From NCBI GenBank assembly GCA_963575745.1, contig CAUYUJ010000001.1, forward strand, positions 1 to 64,000: a DNA stretch of 64,000 bases, written 5' to 3'. The notes under the pieces were generated by a model. It worked only from the letters and a program-made list of their open reading frames with translations, was not told the origin of the DNA and made no database searches. Positions 51,981-63,792 of the stretch are shown here, piece by piece (position 1 is the first letter of the stretch; the number at the start of each line of letters is the position of its first letter). The stretch is from Prorocentrum cordatum (lineage: Eukaryota). Both the position numbers and the translations under genes were made by a program.

Positions 51981-52113
51981 GTGAATTCTAAAGTAGTCCA
52001 AACATAGTCCGAGGCCGAGTTGGGGCTTATTGTATTGCTATCTAGGATTATGCTTTGACGATTTGTCACTGTTCCTCTCTTCCAGACTTCGCGTTTAGGA
52101 GGGCACTCCCGAC
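51899..52113. mobile_element. MITE family A, copy 5, with internal (TA)n expansion
   Basis: Left TIR perfect; right TIR diverged (TAGGAGGGCACTCCCGAC). Confidence 0.75.
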
Positions 52114-54124
52114 CTGAAGCCAGCGGGCGCGGAGACCGGCGGAGGGGCGGCGGCAAGAGCGGGAGCCCCCTTTGGAGCGCCAGCCGGAGGTTCCGAGAGG
52201 CCCATACGGCGGAAGGAGGGCGGCACAGGGACGGGCCAGCCGGAGAGGGGCGGAGGCACCGCCAAGGGCCCTCTGTCGAGCAGTGGCGAAGCGTCTTGGC
52301 TCGCCAACATCAGCCGATCGCAAATCTTTTCCCGTCAGCGGCGAGGCGGCGAACTCCGTTCCAGCGAGAAGCTAGAAAGGGGCACTAACTAGCGAATTGG
52401 CCGGCGGGCAAAAACGGGGGGGGGGACGGCCGAAAAGAGGAAGGGACGCTCAGACGTCGAAGACTTCGACGATGAACAGCCGGGGGGGCAGCAGCAACCA
52501 GGCGCGCAGGGCCAGAGCGCGGTGGGCGGCCGTGGCAAACCACGATCCCAACATTCGAAGAAGAAAAACGAAAACGACATAAACATCAGTTGTTGGCGCT
52601 CCGCGCGGGTTTCTTGGATCCGCGCTGGACCTCCCGGCGGCGCCTCCGGCGGTGCCCTTGTCGCGCTCCGCGCGCCCGGGAGGGGTTCCACGCGGAGCGC
52701 CAAAAGTTTATGTGTATGTTTTTGTTGTGCAAAACGTGGGTCAAGGTGGTGTGGATTAGCGACGGGTCCCGTTTCTTAAGGGGAAATCGCGTGTTTCCGC
52801 TGCCGAGCGAGGCGGCAACGGCCGCACGTTTGGGAGGGCACCTCCCCCGATCCATGGATTCGGCGACCGCGCGCCAAATCTATGGATCGTTAATCCATAT
52901 TTGCGCGCCCCCGAACCACCCTCAGCCAAGCGCTCATCCCGACGCTCAGCCATACCCAACCAAGCGCCACGCCCACGGCGACGACCAGTCCGCCCAGGAC
53001 TGTTCGGCTGGGAATCCCCACGTTGTGGCCCGAGGCACCAGGGACCTGGCACCGGCGATCGAGGCTTACGAACGAAAGGCCATGCATTCAGGGTGGGAGT
53101 GCCTCACGGTTTGCATTATCAACCTGAGGCACCAAGGCAGGCGAGATTGCCAGCTCGATGCCAATCCCGACGGTAAGCCCGAATGCCAACCCCAATGTAC
53201 ACGGCAACATGCGCTCTACCCAACAGGGAATCAAGTTTTGTCGAGTTCAGGATGTATTTGTCCATTCGGGATACACGCAAGGCCAGACGCTCCAGCTGGA
53301 AAGTTGCAGACAAGAAGCAAGACATTCAGTTTTTGGAAATGCCCAGGTCCCCACCCACCCTCTTCCCCCTCCCTTCCATTCCATACCGTGAAGTATGATG
53401 GTTCCCCACGCGCGGTCACTTGCAGCCCAGGCTAAGCCGCAGGTCCGTGTTACCAACCGAGGGTACGTCGTGTACTTCCCGGCGTTATTGCATGATCGCG
53501 TGTGGGTGCCATCGCGCGTGCGTGTGTATGCCCAGTCTTCCATTGTTTGTTTGTTTGTCTTCCCCCCTTTCGTTCTCCCCCTCCCTCTTCAATCCGTGCC
53601 GTTGCATCGGAAGGGAGCCCCGGCCACGCAGCGAAGCCGCCGCACCCAGTGTATCGAATTGGACACCGTACTGCCACACGTACGGGACCATCCGTGGGGA
53701 GGAGTTCCGCCCTCGCATGCTGCCATCCCTCCGCCCTCCCTTTTTCTCTATTCTCCCCTTCCCTGGCCCGGGCCGGACGAAAAGGGGGGGATTAGGAAAG
53801 GGGGGGTTACGAAATCTGCTGCATGCAGCTGGTTTCGGCCCAACCGAGGGGCCCATTCCTCGATACATAGCCGCCTCTGGCGCCAGGAAGCGCAGGGAAA
53901 ATCAGCTACGCAAGCTGATTCTCCAACCCCCCCTGTGCAATCCCCCCCTTTCGCCCGGCCCGACTGGCCCTCCTTCATCACCCGCTTCATCCTCTATCTT
54001 ATGTTTCCTTATGCCCCTTCCCATAATTCATCATCACCCTCTTCGTATGCGTCGCAGCTTCCTCATCACCACCATGTGGCCATGGGAATATTCCCCCTGC
54101 CCATCGTGTTTGTGATCCGTCGAG

Positions 54125-54213
54125 GGTTCAACTATCTCCTGCTCAACTTTAACCACGAGCGGCTGGTGATCTCCGTGTCCACTTGCCGATTCGCCCGCCT
54201 GTGCTACACTGAG
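54125..54213 (+). CDS. Acyl-CoA dehydrogenase, exon f (GFNYLLLNFNHERLVISVSTCRFARLCYTE)
   Basis: ACAD GF..L..NFNHER motif; AG acceptor and GC donor. Confidence 0.93.
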
Positions 54214-54244
54214 GCTCGGTCATTATGTTCGTTCGCTCTGCAGC

Positions 54245-55417
54245 GTTTACAGTCTGTCGCGACACATCTGAACACACATTCGGTTTATGAAATTTCCTCT
54301 CCTCTCCCCTATTCCTCTTTTCCTGCTCGTACGTTTTTCTTTGCCCCACCGACAGGTTGCCACATGTGCTCCCGTGGCTGCCCACGCGTCCATCTGGATG
54401 CTTGTGTTTGAACAGGTATTGCGCCATTGCGCCTCAGAATGCGTTGTTGCCCCTCGAACTACCCCAACAACGGCTCCCGCCCGATACTTCTTGTCAGCCT
54501 GTTCAGAATCGCGCTCTGGCGCGGGATGTCCTTCCAGTGTATCTTGAAATCGCGATTTCGCGTGTGGCTTCCTCCAAAAGTTCCGTGCGCCGCGCCCACG
54601 TCATTCAGGAATCAGGCTCTGGCTGTGCCTTTTCTTACGGTTCACTTGGGCATCGCGCTGATGCTCGAGTCTTCTTCGCGATCCGTGCAGGACTTGCGCT
54701 TCAGTGACCCGGCCGCCTGGGCCCGCCCGCCCGGCCCGGCCGCTGGGGTCGGCCCGCCCGATCTGCCCGTGTGGCTCGTCCGTGTGTTTGTTTTCTGCTT
54801 CTACGGGTGCGAGCCCCGGGAAAGGCACGTCAGCTCAAAAAGCACAAGGTGCACCGGACGGGTGGATCAACAATATCTATCGGGCGGGAAGTATCTGGCG
54901 GGAGCCGTTGTTGGGGTAGTTGGAGGGTCAACAACGCATTCTGAGGCGCACTGGCGCAATGCTTTCTCCTGTGAGTACAGGGTGCGAGCCCTGGGAAAGG
55001 CACGTCAACTGAAAAAGCACAAGGTGCACCGGAAGGGGGGATCAGCAATACTTATTCTTCGGGTGTTGCTAGAAGTGCCCCTGGCCCAAGGTACCCCCAG
55101 GATTCTCGGGGTGGCCCAGGCGGCCTCCAGAGCACCCCTCACGAGGCCCAGAGGGCTGGCTGCAGGGGCTCCAACATTGAGCGAAAAGCAAGGGGCACCT
55201 TGGGCCAGGGGCACTTCTAGCAACACCCGAATTCTTTCGAAACGGAAATTCAGCAAAGACAAGCATCCGGATGGACGGGTGGGCAGCCACGAGAGCGCAT
55301 GTGGCAATTTGACGACGGGGCAGGGAAAAACGCATGAGCAGGAAGAGGAATAGGGAGGACCAGAGGAAGTGTCATACTCCGAATGTGTGTTCAGATGTGT
55401 TGCGACAGATTGTAAAC
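54245..55417. repeat. Nested inverted-repeat (foldback) element
   Basis: Outer IR 54245-54410 / 55254-55417. Inner IR about 54418-54490 / 54888-54960. A 174-bp MITE with 34-bp perfect TIRs at 55058-55231. Confidence 0.85.
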
Positions 55418-56077
55418 TCCCCTCTCTTGCGAAATTCTCTCGTGCGCCATTCTTCTTTCTCCCCCTTGCCCCTTCCATCCTATCTCTGCTCCCCTGTTTC
55501 AAGGACAACGCCAACAACACTTGGCAGGTAAGGAAGGTGGGCACCCAATGGGGGGTATGATCGAAGACGAAGAAGGCATGTATTGGTGTCTTGAGATTTG
55601 CGTATTGAATGGCACGCAAATCAGATAAGAGCGAACAGTCTTAAATTGATCGTTTTTGTTGTCACTGCAGTGTCTGCGGCCATTGCTTGGACAAAGCTGA
55701 GTTATGAGGGCCTCGTCATTCCATTCACACTCGTTTGTGATAGCTAGTTTCAGGGAGCGTACATTAGACTGATCCCCAGGATGGAATGCTTACTTGGTTG
55801 ATCCATTTATATAGGATACATCGAGCTTCGTGCTGCGGACAGGGCTAGCAATGGCGGCAGAAGATTGACGACTACAATGATTGAGCAGGGCAGAAGATTG
55901 ACGACTGCAATGATTGGGCACCGTGGAGCTGACTACCAGCAGTTCACAGAGTCGAGGCGAGGCTGTGGATATTGTTTTTCTCAGGGTGACTTGGTCAGAG
56001 CAGGGGGCCGAACGGTCGTGCATGGTCCCTGGGCTCGTGGCTGAATTGAGATTTTGCGGTGCGGATTGTTGTTGTAA

Positions 56078-59000
56078 TTGTTGTTGCGTTGTTGTTGTTG
56101 GTGGTGGTGGTGTTGTTCTTGCTGTTGCTGTTGCTGTTGCTGTTGTTGGTGTTGGTGTTGTGGTTGTGGTTGTGATTGTGGTTGTGGCGTGGTTGTGATT
56201 GTGGTTGTGCTGTTGTGGTTGGGGGGGTTGTTGCTGTTGAGTCCTCACTACTGAAGAAAACTCATTGTTGATCCCCCCTCCGGTGACCATTGTGTTTTTT
56301 CAATTGAGGTGTTTCCCTGGGGCTCGCACCTTGATTTTTCGTCAGGGAAAGTCAAGGGGCTCAAACTGGGCCACGGTTTCCGCCAGACACCTCCTCACAA
56401 TTTATTCCCGAATCGCGTTCTCGCGCGGGACGTCCTCACACTCCATGTACGCATCGCGCTCTCGCGTGGGACTCCCTCGCCGTTCGTTCGGACGATGCGC
56501 CCTCGGCGCTCAGGGATCACGCTCTCGCTCTGGCTTTTCTCCGTGTCCCACTCTGCTACTTTTTCCAAGCTCGGCGGTCGCCGCAGTGCAATAGAGAGCG
56601 TGGCAGAACTACTACCACTAGCTCTTGCAGCCTTTTCCCCAAATCAGTGTATGATTATGTATTGATCGACTGTTTCGGATCGTACGTTAGGCTGCAGGCG
56701 CCGCCCTGGGGGCCTGTGAGCGGCCTCTCTGCTGCTGCTCACTGGTGGAGCAGCTTGAGTGAAATGGCAGCGGAGACGATGAGACGATAGGGTGACAGCC
56801 TAAAGCGAAATTTTGCCGTAACGGCGGTGCCGGCCGACGGGGCGAAAGCACAGAAGCGCGATTATCTGCACGCGGCCTCGGCGCAAAAGCAAAACCCCAA
56901 ATCTGTCGTAACGGCGGCGCCGGCGTCTGTGCATGCCAGAGGTTATAGGCATGCCTGCACGAAGATTAAATTAGATGTTCCCACCTACCTACCCCAAACG
57001 AGACCAGCCATGATCTTAGAAAATCTGCTGCCACTGCCTGATCAGTTGCGCCAGGTTCGGCCGTGAGCTTTTCCACGACACTTTGAACTCAAGGCGTTTC
57101 TGGAAAATGCTCCTGTCGTTGCATCCCCAGCGGTCCCAAACCTCATGCATACGGTCAGCAGTTCTAGCTCGGGACAGTAAGGGGTGGAAAGGGAGAACAA
57201 GCCACACTTTGCTACCGCGATCCTCGGGCTCACGTTTTCGGGAGCGGGGCAAAATGCTATACAGAGGGGGCGCAGGCTCGGGGATACCGAACTCACGGAG
57301 AATACACGTCTTATGGTGTACAGCTTCACGGAAGCTACGTGCAGTACTGGATCTTCTTCGCAGCCGGTCCAGCTCGGCTCCAGGCCACGCTGCGTGCACG
57401 GCCTTGCTGTGGCTCGAGCTTGATGCCAATGGTGCTTTAATTTCGCCTGGCTTGAAATATGGTGTCCAAGATATTCTGCCGCACGGCTCTTGGTGCAGCA
57501 TCACATCCAAGTACGGTATTTGGTCGTATGCCATTTCGCTCATTTCACTTTGTACGTGCATGCACATTTACGGCGGATGAAGGCCATTACCATGACCCAG
57601 CAATATCTGTTTTTGCAGAGGAACAAAATGTCGTCGCGGTAGCGGCCGTAGAAAATTATACCAAATTTTGCCTTTCGCTGCAACAGATCCACTTCCACGA
57701 GCTCTGCACAGTTTACGTCGGCAATGTCGCCAGAACACGGGAGGCCCATGCCAGCGCCCGCACATACGCGCCAGTATCGATCATGCCAAAGTTTGTTCCC
57801 GACGTACTGGTTAGTCAACATGCCGTACAATATAATTTCATTGATGTTTCGTGGGTGCCAAATTTTCTCGCACACACGTTTGCACATTTGTTCGTGCTCT
57901 CCGTTCAGATAAAAATCCTTCATGTCGCAGCTGGCCAACATGCTTTTCCCATCGGTTCGAATCTGTGATAGGGCTTTGAGTATTCCGTCAGTAGAGTCAT
58001 AGATATGGACGTATTCGGTACGAATGAAATTCCTGAGGTAACCGCTATCCCATCGAGCTATGTTGGAAAACGCGTGGCCGCTGCACGAATGTATAATCCT
58101 CAACCCATTTTGCCCTGGTTCCTTGTGGGTTTTGATCGTAAATTGAATTCTACTGATGACGTTGCGTGCGCTTCCTGCACGCTTCCAAAGTTCGACCGAA
58201 AGTTTCTTGTCGAAGCCTTCGCCCACGTGTCGAATCATTGATCTGTGCACATCGTGCACCCCTTGCTCATTGACCCAACTGACTTCCGAATAGCATTGTT
58301 TAGCCATCGCTTCGTCTACCAGTACACGGAGCGAGCTTTCGGGGACAAGGCAAAATCCTCCATGCTTGTTCGTTGGTACTATCGCATACCTCGTCGTTTT
58401 GATCCAACGTATGGCCGCATGGACCCAAGGATACACGTTTGAAAACGATCTGCTTGTCCCCCTACAACTCTTGATAGCTCCGCTGCACAAGTCTGCGACT
58501 TGAAACTTCATGGCGTTCAAACTAGATGCAACCTGGTGTGGGAGTTTGCCACCAGCCCTCGGTGGCTCAGCCTCAGTATAAGGAGTAACCTTATTCTTAC
58601 CCAAATGCTTTCTCCACCACCTCGCAGGTTCAGAGTCCCTCTGGAACTTCCAACGCCATTTGACTGTATGTACAAAGCCTTGCACAGCACAAGAGACGGG
58701 TTCTTGATTAGGTTCGCTTCCACCACAGAAGATATGCTTCCTTGAGAAGCAAGTGAGACACAGCACGATCGGCCAAGGGATTTGCGCGGCCCGCGCCGTT
58801 ACGACGGAACGGCTGTCCAAATCGAACAAGTATAATTGGCCCAACAGTTTATCGTAATCCCAAAGTTTGTTGAGAATCCAAGCATCACTGTTTCCAAGCA
58901 TATTCCAAGACTTCTTGTTGTTGCGTTGTTGTTGTTGGTGGTGGTGTTGTTGTTCTTGTTGTTGCTGTTGTTGTTGCTGTTGTTGGTGTTGGTGTTGTGG

Positions 59001-59405
59001 TTGTGGTTGTGATTGTGGTTGTGGCGTGGTTGTGGTTGTGGTTGTGTTGTTGTGGTTGGGGGGGGTTGTTGCTGTTGAGTCCTCACTACTGAAGAAAAAT
59101 CATTGTTGATCCCCCCTCCGGTGACCATTGTGTTTTTTCAATTGAGGTGCTTCCCTGGGGCTCGCACCTTGATTTTTCGTCAGGGAAAGTCAAGGGGCTC
59201 AAACTGGGCCCCGCCGCCAGTTTACGTGCATCAACAACGGTTTCCGCCGGACACCTCCTCACAATCTATTCCCGACTCGCGCTCTCGCGCGGGAAGTCCT
59301 CACAGGCCATGTGCGCATCGCGCTCTCGCGTGGGACTCCCTCGCCGTTCCTTCAGACGATGCGCCCTCGGCGCTCAGGGATCACGCTCTCGCTCTGGCTT
59401 TTCTC
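56078..59405 (-). mobile_element. Penelope-like element flanked by ~470-bp direct repeats
   Basis: Direct repeats at 56078-56541 and 58915-59405, each with a (GTT/GTG)n block, flank a PLE-type RT. Confidence 0.75.
57016..58901 (-). pseudogene. Penelope-like reverse transcriptase, no endonuclease visible, 1-nt frameshift near 57544
   Basis: IVPTNKHGG, IKTHK, LRIIHS, SCDMKDFY, GAGMGLPCSGDIAD, RYRDDI, IPYLDV, YFKP, SSSH and LVLPFHP fit PLE RT and thumb motifs. Adding one base to the T3 run at 57543-57545 fuses the two ORFs. Confidence 0.88.
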
Positions 59406-59564
59406 GCGATTCACTTGGGCATCGCGCACCTCCTCGCGATCCGTGCAGGACGCGCGCCTCGGCAGCCCGCCTGCTCGACCTGGCCGCACTGGGGGCCCGC
59501 CTCGCCGGCCCTGCCCGCCGTGGGTCTGCCCACAACCGATCTGCCCGCCGGGTTCTACCACGAA

Positions 59565-60110
59565 GCCGGGCCCGTCCCTCCTACGGGAGGAATGCAGTCG
59601 GGGCCCTGAAGAAGGAACCCTTCTCGTTGGGGAGGGGCTCCGCGTTCCTCAAGTGTTTCGCAGCTTGCCTCAGGCTTTCCTTCTGCTTTCGATCAGAAAT
59701 CGAAGTTCAACTTATGGGAAAATGGGGCCTCGTTCCTTATTTAGGGTTCCTTAGGTCAACGCCCCGACTGTAAAGTCAAAAACCCGAACAAGGACGCGCG
59801 ACTTTGCTTAGGGTACCCTTGCGTCCTTGCTCTTCCTTGCTCTTGCGGCTCGTCCTTGGCCTCTCTCGCTTGCCCGTTTGTCAGGGTACCCTTGGGGTTT
59901 TCGTCGTCCGCCGCCCCAGAAATCCCAACTTCGGCTTCCAAGGGTCTTGCGTCCTTACCGCGCGTCTTTATCAGGGTTTTTGACTGTATTCAAAAATAGC
60001 CAAACAATCGTCAGGGGACGATGTTTTGCATTTTTTTCAGCATTTGGGCGTACTTTTTGAGTAGTTTGGGTTTTCCGCTCCTAGTCCGCCTGTAGGGGGA
60101 CAGGCCCGAC
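59565..60110. mobile_element. MITE family A, copy 6, containing two nested CAGTC-ended MITEs
   Basis: Inserts 59595-59770 (CAGTCGGGG...CCCCGACTG) and 59773-59986 (AAGTCAAAAACCC...GGGTTTTTGACTG) are separated and followed by TA. Confidence 0.8.
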
Positions 60111-60362
60111 CTGATTCTACCACTTGTGTTCTGCTCCTTGCCCCCCTCCCTGCCAGTGTCTCTCGTGCTCCATTCTTCTCCCTCCCTCTTCCACCCGCCT
60201 TCTCTTCCCTTGTTTCAGGGGTTGCGCTACATGCACGTGGCAGGGAAGGAAGATATACCCCCAAGGGAGTACGATCGAAGACGACGAGGGCGGGTACCGA
60301 GGGTTTCGGATATACGTATTGTTTGGCACGTGAGCGGATAGGAGCGAACAGTTGTAACATGA

Positions 60363-60395
<33 letters not shown>

Positions 60396-62112
60396 CTCTT
60401 GTTGTTGCGGTGTCGTCCTCGCCGCCTCGCCCGCGACCCACCCCGCGACCCAACCCTTGACCCACCGGACGACCTACCTGAGACCCACCCCGCGACCCAA
60501 CCCGAGACCCATTTGGCGACCCACCCGCGACCCACCCACATCATTTCAATGACAAAATCAACGCTTGCGAGGGACTCGTTGTAGAATTTGTAAAATTCAG
60601 CGTCGGCGGGCTTCTTCATAGCCTCGTAGATTGCCGAACACCCCGCCGCCTCCTCACTCTTGTCCAGAACTGCTGGGTGCTTCGCATCGTAGCTATTTTC
60701 GCATGTCTATATATAATATGTGTAGAAATAAGTATAGAGATAACTGTATATATATGTATGTATATATATATATATATATATACGTAGGTATATCCCCCTC
60801 GAAGCTAGTAGCAAAAGCTCATCTCAACTAGAAGAGATCAGGAAAGGCACGGCCGTGGGCCAGCCTCAGGAACGGAGCGTGAACGGTAGGCGAAAAGAAA
60901 GGGGTAGGCGAGATGGGAAGATCTGGGAAGTGGGGGGGGGGGGGGGGGGAAACAGATATCCAGAAAATAAGGAGAACAAATGGGAATTATGTTATTTGTG
61001 TCTGTGTACTTATGTGTCCTAGGGCCCCTTCAGGCACAATTGATGTTCAGGAAGAAAAAGCACAGGCACAATGAATCGCCGATTCTCCAGAAAAGATGGG
61101 CAGATATGGGATGTGTGGGGGAAGACAGAAACGCTGAAAATATAGGAGGAAAACATGGGGGAATATGTTATGTGTGTCTATGTATGTGTGTGTCCCAGGG
61201 CCCCCGTCCAGAAACCCAGAAAATAAGGGAAGACAGAAACCCAGGGGGGAAAACAGAAACCCAGAAAATAAGGGACAAACATTGGAATTATGTTATTAGT
61301 GTCTATGCACTTCTGTGTCCCAGGGCCCCCGTCAGTTTTGCGCCCTCACCGCCCGCCAGTACACGTGTTCACTGCATTCGCGCCTCGCGGTTCGGCTCCG
61401 CTTCCTCCCCATCTCTTTGTTCTCCCTTGGGAGGCGGCGCGGGAGCGCGAAGTGATTCGTGTTTCGCGCAGCGCGGGCGCGGGCCGCTGGCGTGCGCAGT
61501 TCGGGGGGTGCTACAGTGTCAGGAGCGAAAAAAGGACGTGCACGTGCATGAATCCGCGCTGGTCTCGAGGGTGCGCACAGCGCAAGTGTTCGTATCACGC
61601 GGCCAGTCTGTACATAGCTTGGCGCGCGTTCATGTACATAGCTGGGCGCGTACGTCCTTTGTGGGTTCCCTATACAGGTCTTGGCCCAAGGTCGGGTATT
61701 GCCAGGAACCCGGCTAAGGGGCGCCGTTTAGAGACAGGGCCCCGAGGTCCAAACTATGGACTGGAGTCACTAGACCAGGTCTACAGTCCGGCAGTTCCAC
61801 TTCGTGGGATTGGGCGGGGGGGCGTCCCGCGGTGCACATCACTCAACCAGGCCCCACGAAGCCTTGCCCTGCCAACGCCCGACAAGGTGCCCCCCAGCTT
61901 TGCGCACCGTTTTGGAGCCCCTGGGGCCCTCTGGGCCTCGTGAGGGATGCTCCTCGGGGTCTCCCTGGATTTCCTTGGGGGCACCTTACAGGCCAGGGGC
62001 ACCTCCTGGCCACACCCGAGCAGTGGGCGCGGGGGCAGGCCGGTCTTGCTCGCGCCGCCCTCTCGCTCGTCTCCCTTCTCGTCCCCTTCCCTCTCCGATC
62101 ACCCCTTTCTCG

Positions 62113-62330
62113 AGCAGTGGCGAAGCGTCCTGGCGTGCCAAGCAATGTTCTCAGAACCCTTTCTGTGGTTTCCACGAAATGTTCTGAGAACATTTCTGGC
62201 TGAGACTGTCTTGTTTGAACGCATCGGGCGTATGTTCTAAGAACATTGCTTTTGTTATTAGAACAGCTTGGGGTTCTGAGAAAATTTCGTAGTAGGTTTA
62301 TAGGAAGGCCGGGACGGTCGGTCCTTGCTC
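62113..62330. repeat. Dispersed repeat family with internal GTTCTAAGAAC palindromes
   Basis: Related copies at about 14127-14270, 31970-32160 and 51350-51540. Confidence 0.75.
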
Positions 62331-62445
62331 AATTTTCTCCGTGGTGCAGCACTGTGCCGTGGAGGGTGGAAGAGCACAGAAGCAGCAGAAAAATCCTCCC
62401 AGTGGGTGCGGGAAGCGGGCGGGCATCCCCCCGGCTTCCCGAGAG

Positions 62446-62544
62446 GCGCTGCGGTACTCGATGCGGCGGAAGACGTTCGGAAAGCCGCTCTCCGAGCACC
62501 AAATGATCCGATGGAAGTTGGCCGAGATGTTGCGGCAGGTCGAG
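62446..62544 (+). CDS. Acyl-CoA dehydrogenase, exon g (ALRYSMRRKTFGKPLSEHQMIRWKLAEMLRQVE)
   Basis: ACAD FAD-binding motif R..FGKPL..HQ.I..KLAEM; AG acceptor and GC donor. The gene continues beyond this exon. Confidence 0.95.
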
Positions 62545-63460
62545 GCGCGCTCGCAGGGCACGGTCGGACCGAGGTATAAGATCGAGGTCGCTTCTGGGAG
62601 GGTACTCTAATGTGTTTCGTGATTGTTGGATGTTTTTGTGCACCTTTGGGGGGGGGCTCGAATTTTCTTCGGCTTGGCCGGCGGAGGGTCTCGTGTTCTC
62701 GGACGGATGTTTTTCTGTCTGTGGTCCGGTTGTGGGAACGAGTGTCGCCGTGAAGGAGGAGCGGGTTTGGCAGGAGGACGAGGAGGAGGAGAAGGGAGGA
62801 GGGAGGAGCGTGTTTTTTTGGAGAGGGGGAGGAGGAAGAGGGAGGAGGAGGAGGGAGGAGGAGGGGAGGAGGAGAAGGAGGAGGAGGAGGAGGCGGAGGA
62901 GGAGGAGTACGAGGGGGTCCGGCAGAAAAGAGGCCGCGATGGTTTTTTGACCGTCTCTGGGCTCCCAGGGTCCGCCCCCAGTCCAGGGGCCACGAAATAG
63001 CCAGCCCGAGGCGAGAAGTCCGCCTCGGGGAAAGCCGCAAGGTCCAGGACACGTTCTCCCATCATGAGGTCCTCCTCCTCCCTCCACCTCCTCCTCCTCC
63101 TCCTCCTCCTCCTCCGCATCCTCCTCCTTTTGCTCCTCCTCTTCCTCCTCCTCCTCCTGCTCCTCCTCCTCCTCCTCCCTTCTCCCTCCTCCCTCCCCTC
63201 CTCATCCTCCTCCATCTCCTCCTCCTCCTCCTCCTTCTCCTCTTCCTCCCTCCTCCTCCCTCCTGCTCCTCCTCTCCTCCTCCTCCTCCTCCTCCTCCTC
63301 CTCCTCCTCCTCCTCCTCCTCCTCCTCCTCCTCCTCCTCCTCCTCCTCCCTCCTCCTCCTCCCTCCTCCTCCCTCCTCCTCCTCCCTCCTCCTCCTCCTC
63401 CTCCTCCCTCCTCCTCCTCCTCCTTCCTCCTCCTCCCTCCTCCCTCCTCCTCCCTCCTCC

Positions 63461-63482
63461 TCCGTAGCCATTTTGGCTCAAG
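63461..63482 (+). other. Dinoflagellate spliced leader (DinoSL), perfect 22-mer, second copy
   Basis: TCCGTAGCCATTTTGGCTCAAG, in phase with the preceding (TCC)n tract. Confidence 0.97.
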
Positions 63483-63792
63483 GCTTTTGGGTGCAGGTAT
63501 CCAGGATACCTGCGAAGCCTCGCGGGACTCGGCGGCCATACGTGCTCGCCCGCGCCGCCCTTGCTGGTGGCGTGCGGGCCGGCCGTGCTGCTGTGCTGTG
63601 GCGTGCGCCGCCCCCAGGGTGGGCGGGCGCACGACGGCGCCGGCGCCCGCAGTGCGCAGGGCGCGGCGCCGGCTGCGCGTGCGCGAGCCCGCCTGGCATA
63701 GGCGCGCTCGCGAGCGGCGCACGCAGTCGCGCACCTTGCTGCGCGTCGCCGCGGCAGCGGCGAGGTTGCGCGTGCACCACAGCAGCGGGATC

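Noticed and set aside
56245..56350. CTGAAGA (+) and CTGACGA (-) as possible hammerhead cores in the PLE repeats
   Set aside because: No stem II plus GAAA or stem I/III pairing fits; the two motifs are simply arms of an inverted repeat.
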